Numbered from the stretch's first letter, positions 1 through 8,430 are shown. The stretch: DNA of 64,000 nucleotides from Parvularculales bacterium (GCA_036881865.1 JBAJNM010000004.1:3736-67735), one strand, 5' to 3'. Numbers and translations are program-made. The notes: generated by a model not told the origin, from the letters alone.

Positions 1-1140
1 GTCATATCCGGACCACCCTATCCAGCATTGGATGAACGAGTAGGGCTAATTAAACTACCCTCCCTAGATCTATATGCCCAGTCAAGCCCTCTATTTGCTC
101 TGCGCTTGCCCATGTTGAAAGACCGTATCGCTCTTTATGAATGGTGGCACCACAACGTGGGCCGTTTTCCAGAGCCTTATACGTTTGGGGAACGTATGGC
201 AGACTACATGCGCAAGCGCATTCACTTATATGACGTCCTACACGACAATCAAACTCTCAGCTATGGCATGCTCAAGGTCAATCGAATGGGGTTACCGATT
301 GTAGGAACCATGCACCATCCAATTACGGTGGACCGCCGCATTGACCTTCACCATCAGCGTAATCCTTTTATGAAATTTCTAAAGTGGCGGTGGTATTCTT
401 TTTTGACAATGCAGACTCAAGTCATCCGGCAGTTAGATTATATCGTTACCGGCTCCCAGAGTGCATGCCATGATGCAGCACGGGATTTTGGCATTTCCCC
501 AGACCGCATTCGCATAACTCCCCATGGTATTGATCATGAAACTTTTCGCCCCCTGCCGGAGACCTCCCGTCATCCCCGCAAATTGATTGCCGTCGCTAGC
601 GCCGATGTTCCACTTAAAGGTCTGATTTATCTGGTACGCGCTTATAGGAGCCTGCTTACACGCTATCCGGATTTGGAACTAGTCGTGGTGGGACATCTTC
701 GGGAAGGACAAACGGCGCGAGAACTACGCGCTCTTGGCATAGAACACCGTGTTCGTTTTGTCTCCGATCTTGATGACGAAGAGATGACACGTCTTTATGC
801 TGAGGCTACCCTTGCAGTTTCTCCATCGGTTTATGAGGGTTTTGGATTTCCTGCAGGCGAAGCTATGGCGTGCGGTGTGCCTCTTGTGGCAACGGATGGT
901 GGCTCTTTACCAGAGGTTGTTGGAGATGCAGCCCTTATAGCACCTCATTCTAATCCGCAAGCTCTGGCTGAGGCTATTGCTACCCTGCTTGATGACCCCG
1001 AAAAACGTGCACAGTTCGCCAAAGCCGGACGACAACGCGTTCTGGATCATTTCAACTGGGAGCATGCCGCCAAATTAACCGTTGCCGTTTACCGGGAAGC
1101 TATCTATGCAAACCATCAATCTGCGCACTCTGCGTCTTGA
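1..1140 (+). CDS. Glycosyltransferase family 4 (GT-B fold), 5'-partial; the N-terminus lies upstream of the window
   Basis: The ORF runs from the window edge and its first listed start is a TTG. It lacks the Gly-rich N-terminal GT-B motif but has the typical GT4 middle and C-terminal regions (EGFGFPAGEAMACGVPLVATDGGSLPEVV...). Confidence 0.7.
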   Translation, partial: VISGPPYPALDERVGLIKLPSLDLYAQSSPLFALRLPMLKDRIALYEWWHHNVGRFPEPYTFGERMADYMRKRIHLYDVLHDNQTLSYGMLKVNRMGLPIVGTMHHPITVDRRIDLHHQRNPFMKFLKWRWYSFLTMQTQVIRQLDYIVTGSQSACHDAARDFGISPDRIRITPHGIDHETFRPLPETSRHPRKLIAVASADVPLKGLIYLVRAYRSLLTRYPDLELVVVGHLREGQTARELRALGIEHRVRFVSDLDDEEMTRLYAEATLAVSPSVYEGFGFPAGEAMACGVPLVATDGGSLPEVVGDAALIAPHSNPQALAEAIATLLDDPEKRAQFAKAGRQRVLDHFNWEHAAKLTVAVYREAIYANHQSAHSAS

Positions 1141-1825
1141 AGACAGGCACCGTCTGTTGGATATCGGCTGCGGTGCAGGACGACATCTCCATGCCGCTTG
1201 CCATCACGCCACCTGTCACGCCATTGGCCTTGATTATGGTGAAAACAATCTCCATACCACGCGTGCAGGCTTTAGCGATACTACCAACAATTACAGTCTG
1301 CTGGCAGGCAATGCGTTGACCTTGCCCTTTCCAGATGCTTGCTTTGATCGCATCATCTGTTCTGAAGTCCTTGAGCATATCCCCAACTATCGCCTTGCCC
1401 TCTATGAGATAGGGCGGGTACTCAAACCGGGCGGAGCACTGGCTATCAGCGTGCCGCGCTATTGGCCTGAATGGCTGTGCTGGGCACTCAGTAGAGACTA
1501 CAGCAATGAGCCTGGTGGTCATGTGCGCATATTCAAAACTAAAGTGCTGCGCCAAGCGGTAGAAGAACAAGGTCTTGTTTATTTTCACCGGCACTGGGCA
1601 CACGGTCTCCATTCCCCTTATTGGTGGATACGATGCGCCCTTGGTCTTGATAACACGCAAACATGGTTGATACGAACGTACCACCGCTTCCTAGTGTGGG
1701 ATATGATGAAACGACCCTGGCTTACCTGTGTTCTATCCTGGCTTGCTGACCCGTTGATGGGCAAAAGTCTGGTACTTTATTTTGTGCGTGGCAAGAAATA
1801 CCCTATGCCTACTGCCAGATCATGA
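1082..1825 (+). CDS. Class I SAM-dependent methyltransferase (Methyltransf_11-like)
   Basis: Motif I is LDIGCGAGRH, with VLKPGG further on. The true start may be the ATG near 1106 (MQTINLRTL), overlapping the end of the glycosyltransferase. Confidence 0.7.
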   Translation: MPFTGKLSMQTINLRTLRLEDRHRLLDIGCGAGRHLHAACHHATCHAIGLDYGENNLHTTRAGFSDTTNNYSLLAGNALTLPFPDACFDRIICSEVLEHIPNYRLALYEIGRVLKPGGALAISVPRYWPEWLCWALSRDYSNEPGGHVRIFKTKVLRQAVEEQGLVYFHRHWAHGLHSPYWWIRCALGLDNTQTWLIRTYHRFLVWDMMKRPWLTCVLSWLADPLMGKSLVLYFVRGKKYPMPTARS

Positions 1826-2928
1826 CGCCTCCCAGTCCTGCCCTCCCTCTTCATATGACGTATGGAGACAAACTGCCTGATGGCTTTTTTAAAGGCGCTA
1901 CAGCACGTATTATGGAGTTGCAACAACAAGATGGCTCTATTCGCTGGTTTGATGGAGGGGTGGTAGATCCATGGAACCACACGGAGGCAGCAATGGGCCT
2001 TGCGGTGGTAGGAGAGAGGGAAGCGGCGCGGCGCGCTTTTAGATGGTTAGCCGAAACTCAGCTCGTTGATGGGTCGTGGTGGGGAGAACTTGGTAGTGCC
2101 GTGCCTATAGATAATGATACTCAAAATTATACCGGCGGAGAAGAGCACGCGGACGCTCCTATAAGGGACACCAACTTTTCGGCTTATATTGCAAGCGGTG
2201 TCTGGCATTATTATCGGCTTACGCATGATGATGTTTTTTTGAAAACTCTATGGCCTCATGTAGAAGGCGCTATGACGTTCGTTTTGTCTCACCAAACGGC
2301 CTACGGTGACATTCGCTGGGCTGCAGCAGACCCACAGACACCGCAGGATGATGCGCTGGTGGCGGGGTGTTCATCTATCTACAAAAGTCTTGCATGTGCA
2401 TGCTGGATTGCCCATACCTTAAAACAGCCTTATGAGCATTGGTGGAAGGCAAGAGAACAGCTCGGCGAGTGTTTGCGTCAACGGCCTGAGCGCTTTGACC
2501 GGACCTGGGCCTCCAAGGCCAAATTTTCCATGGACTGGTATTATCCGGTTCTCTCCGGTGTGCTGAGAGATCAAGAAGCGCATCAGCGTCTTGAGGGACG
2601 GTGGAATACGTTTGTTGTACCGGATTATGGTTGTCGGTGTGTAATAAAAGAGCCGTGGGTTACGGTAGCAGAAGCCGCAGAGTTAGCCATAGCCCTTCTG
2701 GTGGTCGGACAGCGCAAGGAAGCGGAATCCATGTTGGCCTGGCAACATCAGTGGCGCGATGAAACAGGAGCCTATTGGATGGGCTATCAATATGAAGATA
2801 AAGTATTTTGGCCTGTAGAAAAGCCGGCCTGGACGGCAGCAGCCGTTATTCTTGCCACAGATGCCATTGTGGGTTTATCCCCAGCGGGGGATTTTTTCAT
2901 AGGCGATGGCCCCCCCATTGCGTCGTAA
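1822..2928 (+). CDS. Prenyltransferase/squalene-oxidase-repeat-like (alpha/alpha-toroid) protein; function unknown
   Basis: 368 aa with repeated DGSW / QW-like motifs (QQQDGSIRWFDGG, LVDGSWWGELG). The function call is weak. Confidence 0.5.
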   Translation: MTPPSPALPLHMTYGDKLPDGFFKGATARIMELQQQDGSIRWFDGGVVDPWNHTEAAMGLAVVGEREAARRAFRWLAETQLVDGSWWGELGSAVPIDNDTQNYTGGEEHADAPIRDTNFSAYIASGVWHYYRLTHDDVFLKTLWPHVEGAMTFVLSHQTAYGDIRWAAADPQTPQDDALVAGCSSIYKSLACACWIAHTLKQPYEHWWKAREQLGECLRQRPERFDRTWASKAKFSMDWYYPVLSGVLRDQEAHQRLEGRWNTFVVPDYGCRCVIKEPWVTVAEAAELAIALLVVGQRKEAESMLAWQHQWRDETGAYWMGYQYEDKVFWPVEKPAWTAAAVILATDAIVGLSPAGDFFIGDGPPIAS

Positions 2929-3657
2929 CACCCACAGAGATTTAACCACCTGCAGAGTTGTAAAAGCACCGGACATAAGGGCTATCTGACAGACTTCATA
3001 GGGAGGGCGTCCGCCATCGGCGGGGTTAGGAAACACATCATGAATAGCTAATATTCCATCCGTCATGAGGTGAGGTGTCCAAAGCCTGTAATCATCCCAT
3101 GCGGTAGCCATTGAGTGCCCCCCATCAATGAACACCATAGCCAAAGGCGTTGCCCATTGACGAGCCGCCAGTGCAGAGGAGGCAACGAGAGGAATAACAC
3201 TGTCTTCCAATTCGGCACGGCGCAAAGTATCGCGGAATGTGGGCAGAGTATCCATGCGCCCTGTTTGGGCGTTATACAAGTCGGGATCATGATACGCCTC
3301 GCCGGGTTGGTTTTCCTCCGACCCGCAATGATGATCTAAGGCAAACAAGACTGTCCCTTTCATCTGACAGGCAGTGCCATAATAGATAGTAGACTTGCCA
3401 CAATAGCTGCCGATTTCCAGACACGGACCCCACACCGCCGCCTCAAGGGCTGCCTCCTGGAGGGCTTGACCCTCTTCCGGATCCAAAAACCCTTTGATAC
3501 TGTCTATATCAACCCGATACGCCATAAAATCGCTTATGCCACCCCCCAGAGCCAGACACAAGAGGCGTAGTTTCTCAATCGCGCCTTTATTTTTGCGCAC
3601 CAACCCGCTATCATGCATATTCCGTTTCACAAAGGGATGCCATGGTACACTCTCCAA
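2875..3657 (-). CDS. Class I SAM-dependent O-methyltransferase
   Basis: 260 aa with a LEIGSYCGKST glycine-rich motif and FIDGGH further on. Its 3' end overlaps the preceding gene convergently by 54 nt. Confidence 0.7.
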   Translation of the reverse strand: MESVPWHPFVKRNMHDSGLVRKNKGAIEKLRLLCLALGGGISDFMAYRVDIDSIKGFLDPEEGQALQEAALEAAVWGPCLEIGSYCGKSTIYYGTACQMKGTVLFALDHHCGSEENQPGEAYHDPDLYNAQTGRMDTLPTFRDTLRRAELEDSVIPLVASSALAARQWATPLAMVFIDGGHSMATAWDDYRLWTPHLMTDGILAIHDVFPNPADGGRPPYEVCQIALMSGAFTTLQVVKSLWVLRRNGGAIAYEKIPRWG

Positions 3658-3875
3658 TACCCCGTCTCAAGAATGATGCCGGACACCAAGAAATCCGTAC
3701 CGGTGCGCGGACGTTTCAGTGCATCGGAGCAAGTCCACCTCATGATCATCCCCATGTGTTTTTGACCATGGGGGACAACGGACGCATTATCTGTCCTTAT
3801 TGCTCAACTCTTTACCGTCAAGATTTATCCCTTGCTCCGGATGCCGCCTACCCTTCAGACGCTATTCATATCTAA
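3642..3875 (+). CDS. Zinc-finger (zf-CHCC type) small protein
   Basis: 77 aa. The motif CIGASPPHDHPHVFLTMGDNGRIICPYCSTLY matches the conserved alphaproteobacterial zinc-finger protein family. Confidence 0.7.
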   Translation: MVHSPIPRLKNDAGHQEIRTGARTFQCIGASPPHDHPHVFLTMGDNGRIICPYCSTLYRQDLSLAPDAAYPSDAIHI

Positions 3876-3886
3876 CAAGATCCTGG

Positions 3887-4591
3887 CTAGTTACCTCCGG
3901 AAATAACCGGCGGCAAAGCCGGAATATCAAGTGCCCGATGTATCATCTCAGAAGCGCCGCCCACCAGATTATCAAGACGGTTTGGGTCAGCGGTTCTTGT
4001 AGCCTCCCCCACCGCCTGCGCTATAGACCGCATAAGGGTCTGCCCCAGTTGTTTGCGGGTTAAAGGCTTAATAAAATCACCTACATTGTTTAGCTCAAGA
4101 GGTGGCATATCCACAACAATGTCACTATTTGTTTCCTCAGATGAGATAATCGACAAAGAAGCATCCTTCATGAGAAACTTGTCAATGACGTATAATGATG
4201 AACCCTGCGCATCCCACTGATCTATGTTCTGAATGACGGCTTGAAAATTACTACCCTCTTCCGTTATCTCCAATAAAAGACGCGGAGCTTCTATTTTAAT
4301 CTGCTTTAGATGTTTAACAGACCGGCCATCAGCCGTCTTTTTTCTTTCCTCATCAATATTTAAAACAACAGTAAGGCTGTCCGCAATGATAAGACCACCA
4401 CCCGCAAAACCTGCCGGATCTCCCATATAAAAATCACTGAGAACAAGCCGCCCTTCTCGAGCGCTTATATCTGCAGAGCTGATAGTAGCCACAAGCCCTG
4501 CCATAGCCAAGGCTTCTCTTTCTATAGCATTGCTAATATAGGCATCCGGCACAGCAATGCCCAAAACAAATAACATCAAGCGTTCCATCAT
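3887..4591 (-). CDS. Periplasmic LolA-like / outer-membrane lipoprotein-sorting-like protein (uncertain)
   Basis: 234 aa with an N-terminal signal peptide (MMERLMLFVLGIAVPDAYIS) and no clear catalytic motif. The family assignment is a guess. Confidence 0.35.
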   Translation of the reverse strand: MMERLMLFVLGIAVPDAYISNAIEREALAMAGLVATISSADISAREGRLVLSDFYMGDPAGFAGGGLIIADSLTVVLNIDEERKKTADGRSVKHLKQIKIEAPRLLLEITEEGSNFQAVIQNIDQWDAQGSSLYVIDKFLMKDASLSIISSEETNSDIVVDMPPLELNNVGDFIKPLTRKQLGQTLMRSIAQAVGEATRTADPNRLDNLVGGASEMIHRALDIPALPPVISGGN

Positions 4592-4648
4592 AGATTTCTC
4601 ATAACAACCACTTTAAGATGCCGTAAGCGAATTAGAACAAAATACAGA

Positions 4649-4676
4649 TTGAACACAACGGTTTCAATGTTATAAT
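4649..4676 (+). promoter_or_regulatory. Sigma70-like promoter (TTGAAC-16 nt-TATAAT) upstream of the metal module
   Basis: Read directly from the sequence. The -10 element ends about 7 nt before the ORF start, so the leader is very short. Confidence 0.4.
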
Positions 4677-4682
4677 CCGAAT

Positions 4683-5036
4683 ATGGCTGTTATGAGGACC
4701 ATATCGTTGCTGAGTATTTGCTTCGCCCTGCTTGTTAGCAATGTGACGAACGCAGCTACTGCTTGCCATATGGCAGATATAAACCAGACAACGACTGAAA
4801 TACAGATCAACCACAGCGATATGGATATGCCCTGCCATGAAATGGCAAATAATGAAGAGCAAAATTCTTCTAACTGCGATCAATGCGGTTGCCAACATTG
4901 CGTGACTATTAACGCATTACCACCATACCAATCGGTTCAAGATATTGTTGCGTCCAGAGCGAAGCCCTACGCCACACAAAGCATTTACTCATGCCATCCT
5001 GAAGGCATACTCCAACCACCTAAACATATTTCCTAA
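4683..5036 (+). CDS. Secreted Cys/His/Met-rich small protein, putative periplasmic metal-binding protein
   Basis: 117 aa with a signal peptide. The mature part is rich in C/H/M (CHMAD, DMDMPCHEMANNEE, NCDQCGCQHC, SCHPEG). It has faint HExMxN-like similarity to the SilE/PcoE type. Confidence 0.5.
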   Translation: MAVMRTISLLSICFALLVSNVTNAATACHMADINQTTTEIQINHSDMDMPCHEMANNEEQNSSNCDQCGCQHCVTINALPPYQSVQDIVASRAKPYATQSIYSCHPEGILQPPKHIS

Positions 5037-5107
5037 CTGTTCACGCCACAGGCGTGTGTTATCGGTAGTGCCTAGCACTGCCTAACAATCACTAACATTA
5101 GGAGATA

Positions 5108-5755
5108 TTGATGAGATTTTTTCTAAATATTGTCTGCATCGCCATGCTATGGGGTTCATCCGTAGCGATCGCACGCCCGGTATCTTATCCGGGTGGATGG
5201 ACAGTGATGCAAAACAATAACACAGGCGCACATGGCCTCTATGTTCATTACTCGCCTACCGCCAAATATTCCATTGGTTACAAGGCGGAATATTGGCGCG
5301 ATGAAAAGTGGCACTCTCATAGCGCACAATTGAACTATCTAGCCAAACGCTGGAATGCACCAACATCCCAAGCCAACCTATACCTAAAAACAGGTGCAGG
5401 TGTTGCCTATAGTAATTTTGGTTCATTTGATGGTGAAACAGAGCCTACCGGATTTGTGGGCATCACCTTTGATTGGGAAGATCGGCGTTATTTCAGCAGC
5501 TATGAAACCCGTGCCTACTATGCCAGAGATATAGACAAATTCTTCGTGCAGAAAGCACGGGTGGGCATTACTCCCTATATCGGAGATTACGGCGACATTC
5601 ATACATGGCTGATGCTACAGGTTGATCATACCCCCGGCAAAGACAATAAAATCACCGTCACGCCGCTCGTACGGATGTTCAAAGGTGAATATCTTGTCGA
5701 GGCTGGAATTAGCGATGATGGCGACGTTCTATTTATCTGGACAGTCAGATTATAA
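5108..5755 (+). CDS. Secreted protein, putative small outer-membrane beta-barrel
   Basis: 215 aa with signal peptide MMRFFLNIVCIAMLWGSSVAIA. It shows an alternating hydrophobic/polar strand pattern, is aromatic-rich, and its C-terminus (LFIWTVRL) looks like a terminal strand. Confidence 0.45.
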   Translation: MMRFFLNIVCIAMLWGSSVAIARPVSYPGGWTVMQNNNTGAHGLYVHYSPTAKYSIGYKAEYWRDEKWHSHSAQLNYLAKRWNAPTSQANLYLKTGAGVAYSNFGSFDGETEPTGFVGITFDWEDRRYFSSYETRAYYARDIDKFFVQKARVGITPYIGDYGDIHTWLMLQVDHTPGKDNKITVTPLVRMFKGEYLVEAGISDDGDVLFIWTVRL

Positions 5756-5765
5756 GGAGAAAATC

Positions 5766-6149
5766 ATGAAAACTTTAATCATAAAATTTGCATTTATAAC
5801 CATATTTGCAATCGCGCCGGTATGGGCTGGTCATACTGAACATAGCCACGATCATGCCGAACATGGTCACAATAACGTATCGGCAGAGAAACCTGTTACC
5901 GGAACAGAAGGTGCTTCTTGTAAGGATATTACCAACATCAAAGTTAACGGCCTTGTTTGCGATTTTTGTGCCCGTGCTATAGAAAAAGTTTTTTCTAAGC
6001 GCGACGAGGTAGCTAGTATCAATGTTGATCTGGATAATGGCTTTGTACACGTAGTGATGCGGTCAGGCAAAACCATTGATGATGATACGCTCACTCAACT
6101 TATCACTGATTCTGGTTACAATGTCACCTCAATCGAGAATCAGTGCTAG
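5766..6149 (+). CDS. Periplasmic heavy-metal-associated (HMA) domain protein, MerP-like, with a His-rich N-terminal extension
   Basis: A good RBS (AAGGAGAAAATC) precedes the ATG. The protein has a signal peptide, a His-rich stretch (GHTEHSHDHAEHGHNN), then an HMA fold whose metal loop is NGLVCDFCARAIEKVF. The ORF-track entry 5622..6149 is a 5' over-extension of this gene. Confidence 0.65.
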   Translation: MKTLIIKFAFITIFAIAPVWAGHTEHSHDHAEHGHNNVSAEKPVTGTEGASCKDITNIKVNGLVCDFCARAIEKVFSKRDEVASINVDLDNGFVHVVMRSGKTIDDDTLTQLITDSGYNVTSIENQC

Positions 6150-6150
6150 T

Positions 6151-6546
6151 ATGACAAATGAAACAGAAAACTACGGCATAAAGCATACGCTCATACCTAC
6201 GCTTAGTCTTTTCACCTCTGTTGGCACGTTAGTATGTTGCGCTCTTCCAGCATTATTTGTAACACTGGGGGCCGGTGTAGCCCTTGCCGGTTTGGTAAGC
6301 TCAGCTCCGTGGCTGATAGCCTTATCACAGTATAAAGGATGGACGTTTGGTATCTCCGGCGCAATGATTCTGCTAGCAGGGCTTATGCATTGGAGCGCAC
6401 GCAATATTCCATGCCCGATTGATCCTAAGCAAGCCGAGGCTTGTACACGGTTGCGCAAGATCAATGGTTGGATATATTGGAGTTCAGTCGCCGTATGGAG
6501 CGTCGGTTTCTTCTTTGCCTTTATTGCCATCCATATATTTTATTAG
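6151..6546 (+). CDS. MerT-like inner-membrane metal transporter
   Basis: 131 aa with three predicted TMs. It has a Cys-Cys pair in TM1 (LVCCALPALFVTLG), a Cys pair in the TM2-TM3 loop (CPIDPKQAEAC), and a C-terminal FY. All of these match the Tn501 MerT architecture. The start is taken at the ATG (SASMTNETEN) just after the MerP-like gene. Confidence 0.65.
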   Translation: MTNETENYGIKHTLIPTLSLFTSVGTLVCCALPALFVTLGAGVALAGLVSSAPWLIALSQYKGWTFGISGAMILLAGLMHWSARNIPCPIDPKQAEACTRLRKINGWIYWSSVAVWSVGFFFAFIAIHIFY

Positions 6547-6607
6547 GCGTAATTTATAACACTCCTCAAACCCTTTTTTGGCTAAGCCTTGGGAGAATTT
6601 TTGATGA

Positions 6608-6694
6608 TGGTGCGGGCGAGGGGACTTGAACCCCTAAACCCTAATGGGTTACGGATTTTAAGTCCGCTGCGTTTACCAATTTCGCCACGCCCGC
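6608..6694 (-). tRNA. tRNA-Leu, anticodon UAA, with a long variable arm and encoded CCA
   Basis: The reverse complement reads GCGGGCGTGGCGAAATTGGTAAACGCAGCGGACTTAAAATCCGT...GGTTCAAGTCCCCTCGCCCGCACCA. It has the cloverleaf with a CU-UAA-AA anticodon loop. Confidence 0.85.
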
Positions 6695-6837
6695 AACAAT
6701 GTCTTATTCCATAAAGAAGTAGCACTTACGTCACAATACCTGGACCGTAACGCTCGTCACAACATTTCTCCCTTTTATCGCAAGCACTACCCTACTGCGC
6801 AAGAAAAACACTCAACAAAAAATGAGGCAACCAAAAA

Positions 6838-6868
6838 AAGCGGGGCTCCGAAGAGCCCCGCTTTCAAA
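6838..6868 (-). terminator. Rho-independent terminator (GC-rich hairpin GCGGGGCTC-tccg-GAGCCCCGC flanked by A/T runs; possibly bidirectional)
   Basis: It lies immediately 3' of the small secreted-protein gene on the minus strand, where a T-run follows the stem. Confidence 0.6.
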
Positions 6869-6892
6869 AAAACAAATGCTATGAGCGTAATA

Positions 6893-7141
6893 TTAGCCCT
6901 CAAGACCCTGCCACACAGGCCAGCAGTTATTGCCAGCACGAGCCGCTAGTTTCTCCTGAGCGTCCTTGGCATCAGAGCCCTGAGATACCTGGACATAATC
7001 ATCGGCACCCGTGCACCACACATAAAATTGATGGTTACCACTCTCGGACATAGCATCAACATTGGAGTTCAAGCCATAGGCCACACCCGCCATCATCATG
7101 ATGCCACTAACCAGCCCTGCAAAAATCGATAGTTTTTTCAT
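6893..7141 (-). CDS. Small secreted protein of unknown function (about 82 aa, two Cys)
   Basis: The start is the ATG at MKKLSIFAGLV, preceded by a GGGAGA RBS. The ORF-track entry 6893..7243 over-extends the 5' end. The protein has a signal peptide. Confidence 0.5.
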   Translation of the reverse strand: MKKLSIFAGLVSGIMMMAGVAYGLNSNVDAMSESGNHQFYVWCTGADDYVQVSQGSDAKDAQEKLAARAGNNCWPVWQGLEG

Positions 7142-7357
7142 TACATAGTCTCCCTGTACACAATCTCCTCCACCGGAGACAACACACACCCTGACATCCA
7201 ATATTGACTCATAGCAACATTGACTAGGGGCAACATTAATCACGAGCCCTACTTTAGCGCCCTATTTCCGCTCTGCCAACGCTTTTTCTAGGATGGAAGC
7301 ACTCTATACCTCCGGATAGGGGTCTGTGTTGCATTTTTGCACCATCCCCCTCATAAT

Positions 7358-7509
7358 GGTAATTATATACTTTAGTAGCCAAGAACTGTCATTTTAGCGC
7401 AGTTTTCCGCCATTAAAACGAAGTGATCGTTTCAAAATTTTCTACAGGCGAAAACCGGCGAAATACTGCGGATATTTGTAAATTCCATCCACTAAAGTAT
7501 ACAATTACC
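7358..7509. repeat. Imperfect 19-bp inverted repeat pair (GGTAATTATATACTTTAGT ... ACTAAAGTATACAATTACC) flanking about 114 bp of intergenic DNA
   Basis: Read directly: 18 of 19 positions are complementary. It could be a MITE-like element or a paired regulator site upstream of the cinA-like gene. Confidence 0.4.
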
Positions 7510-7522
7510 CTCACAAACGGCC

Positions 7523-8302
7523 TCATTCCCCGACTTCTGAAGCCCCCTCTGCAACTATTTCAACACCCAAATCATCCAAAACAACTAAAAGAGCCTCACC
7601 AGCTTGTTTAAGAGAATCAGCATCAGGCCCCCGCAACACCAGCCGAACTCCAAAACTACCCCCATGATAAAACGGATAACTCCCCATACTGACCCCCGGA
7701 TGCTGCGCCTGCACCGCCCCTAAGGCTTGCGCCAGTTCACCTTCCGCCGCTGACACAACAATGGTGCGGCTTAACATCACAGCACCGCCTTTAAGGCGAG
7801 GCGCTAACGCATCCATCATTACCTGCATGACCATAGGCACGCCGGCCAACACAAAAACATTCTCCAACTGAAACCCGGGAGCAGTGCTTATAGCATTATC
7901 AATCAACTGCCCCCCATCAGGAATACGGGCCATCCGCAACCGGGCTTCATTGATACGATGATCTATTTTCTTATAATGAGACTCAAGACGACGCACCGCC
8001 TCTTCATGGTGACTAATACCAACTCCAAAAGCCCGCGCTACGGCGTCAGCCGTTATATCGTCATGGGTCGGGCCAATCCCGCCGGTGGTGAAAACATAAT
8101 CAAGCCGCGCGCGCATATCATTAAGAGTGGTGGCGATAACATCTATCTCATCGCCAATTACATGAGCCTCTGTTACCCGAACACCAAGACGATTCAAATA
8201 AGTAGACATCCACGACAAATTAGCATCCTGCGTACGTCCCGATAATAATTCATCGCCAATCAGCAGAATACCTGCCCTTACGTCTGCCGTCTCTGTCATC
8301 AT
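7523..8302 (-). CDS. CinA-like competence/damage-inducible protein, molybdopterin-binding (MoCF) domain
   Basis: Motifs include ILLIGDELLSGRTQDAN and TTGGIGPTHDDIT. Confidence 0.7.
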   Translation of the reverse strand: MMTETADVRAGILLIGDELLSGRTQDANLSWMSTYLNRLGVRVTEAHVIGDEIDVIATTLNDMRARLDYVFTTGGIGPTHDDITADAVARAFGVGISHHEEAVRRLESHYKKIDHRINEARLRMARIPDGGQLIDNAISTAPGFQLENVFVLAGVPMVMQVMMDALAPRLKGGAVMLSRTIVVSAAEGELAQALGAVQAQHPGVSMGSYPFYHGGSFGVRLVLRGPDADSLKQAGEALLVVLDDLGVEIVAEGASEVGE

Positions 8303-8430
8303 GCGCCACCCCGTTCTTTCTCTTCGTAACCCTACTCCTTCCTATAACTCTACGTAATTTCCCCTCTTGCCGCCAAGCCTCATTATTCTTATGGTCTTAT
8401 CCCAGATTTCCAAGATGTTTCTTTGACCTT

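Noticed and set aside
1100-1684. Many long ORFs antisense to or nested inside confident genes. Examples: 1100..1684 (-), 21200..21808 (+) inside alaS, 32239..32682 (+) in the DUF1499 gene, 33408..34172 (+) in the acyl-CoA ligase, 34720..35220 (+) in the CDF gene, 45822..46309 (-) in the SDR gene, 49387..49878 (-) in ychF, 51225..51724 in petC, 61007..61487 in the permease.
   Set aside because: These are shadow ORFs created by the codon bias of the real gene on the opposite strand or in another frame. None has an RBS or a motif, and all are fully covered by a well-supported CDS.
5622-6149. The 175-aa ORF-track version of the HMA protein (start at 5622) and the 156-aa version of the MerT-like protein (start at 6076).
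   Set aside because: Both are 5' over-extensions that overlap the preceding gene. Internal ATGs with an RBS (5766) or placed just after the upstream stop (6151) give proteins with proper signal and TM N-termini.
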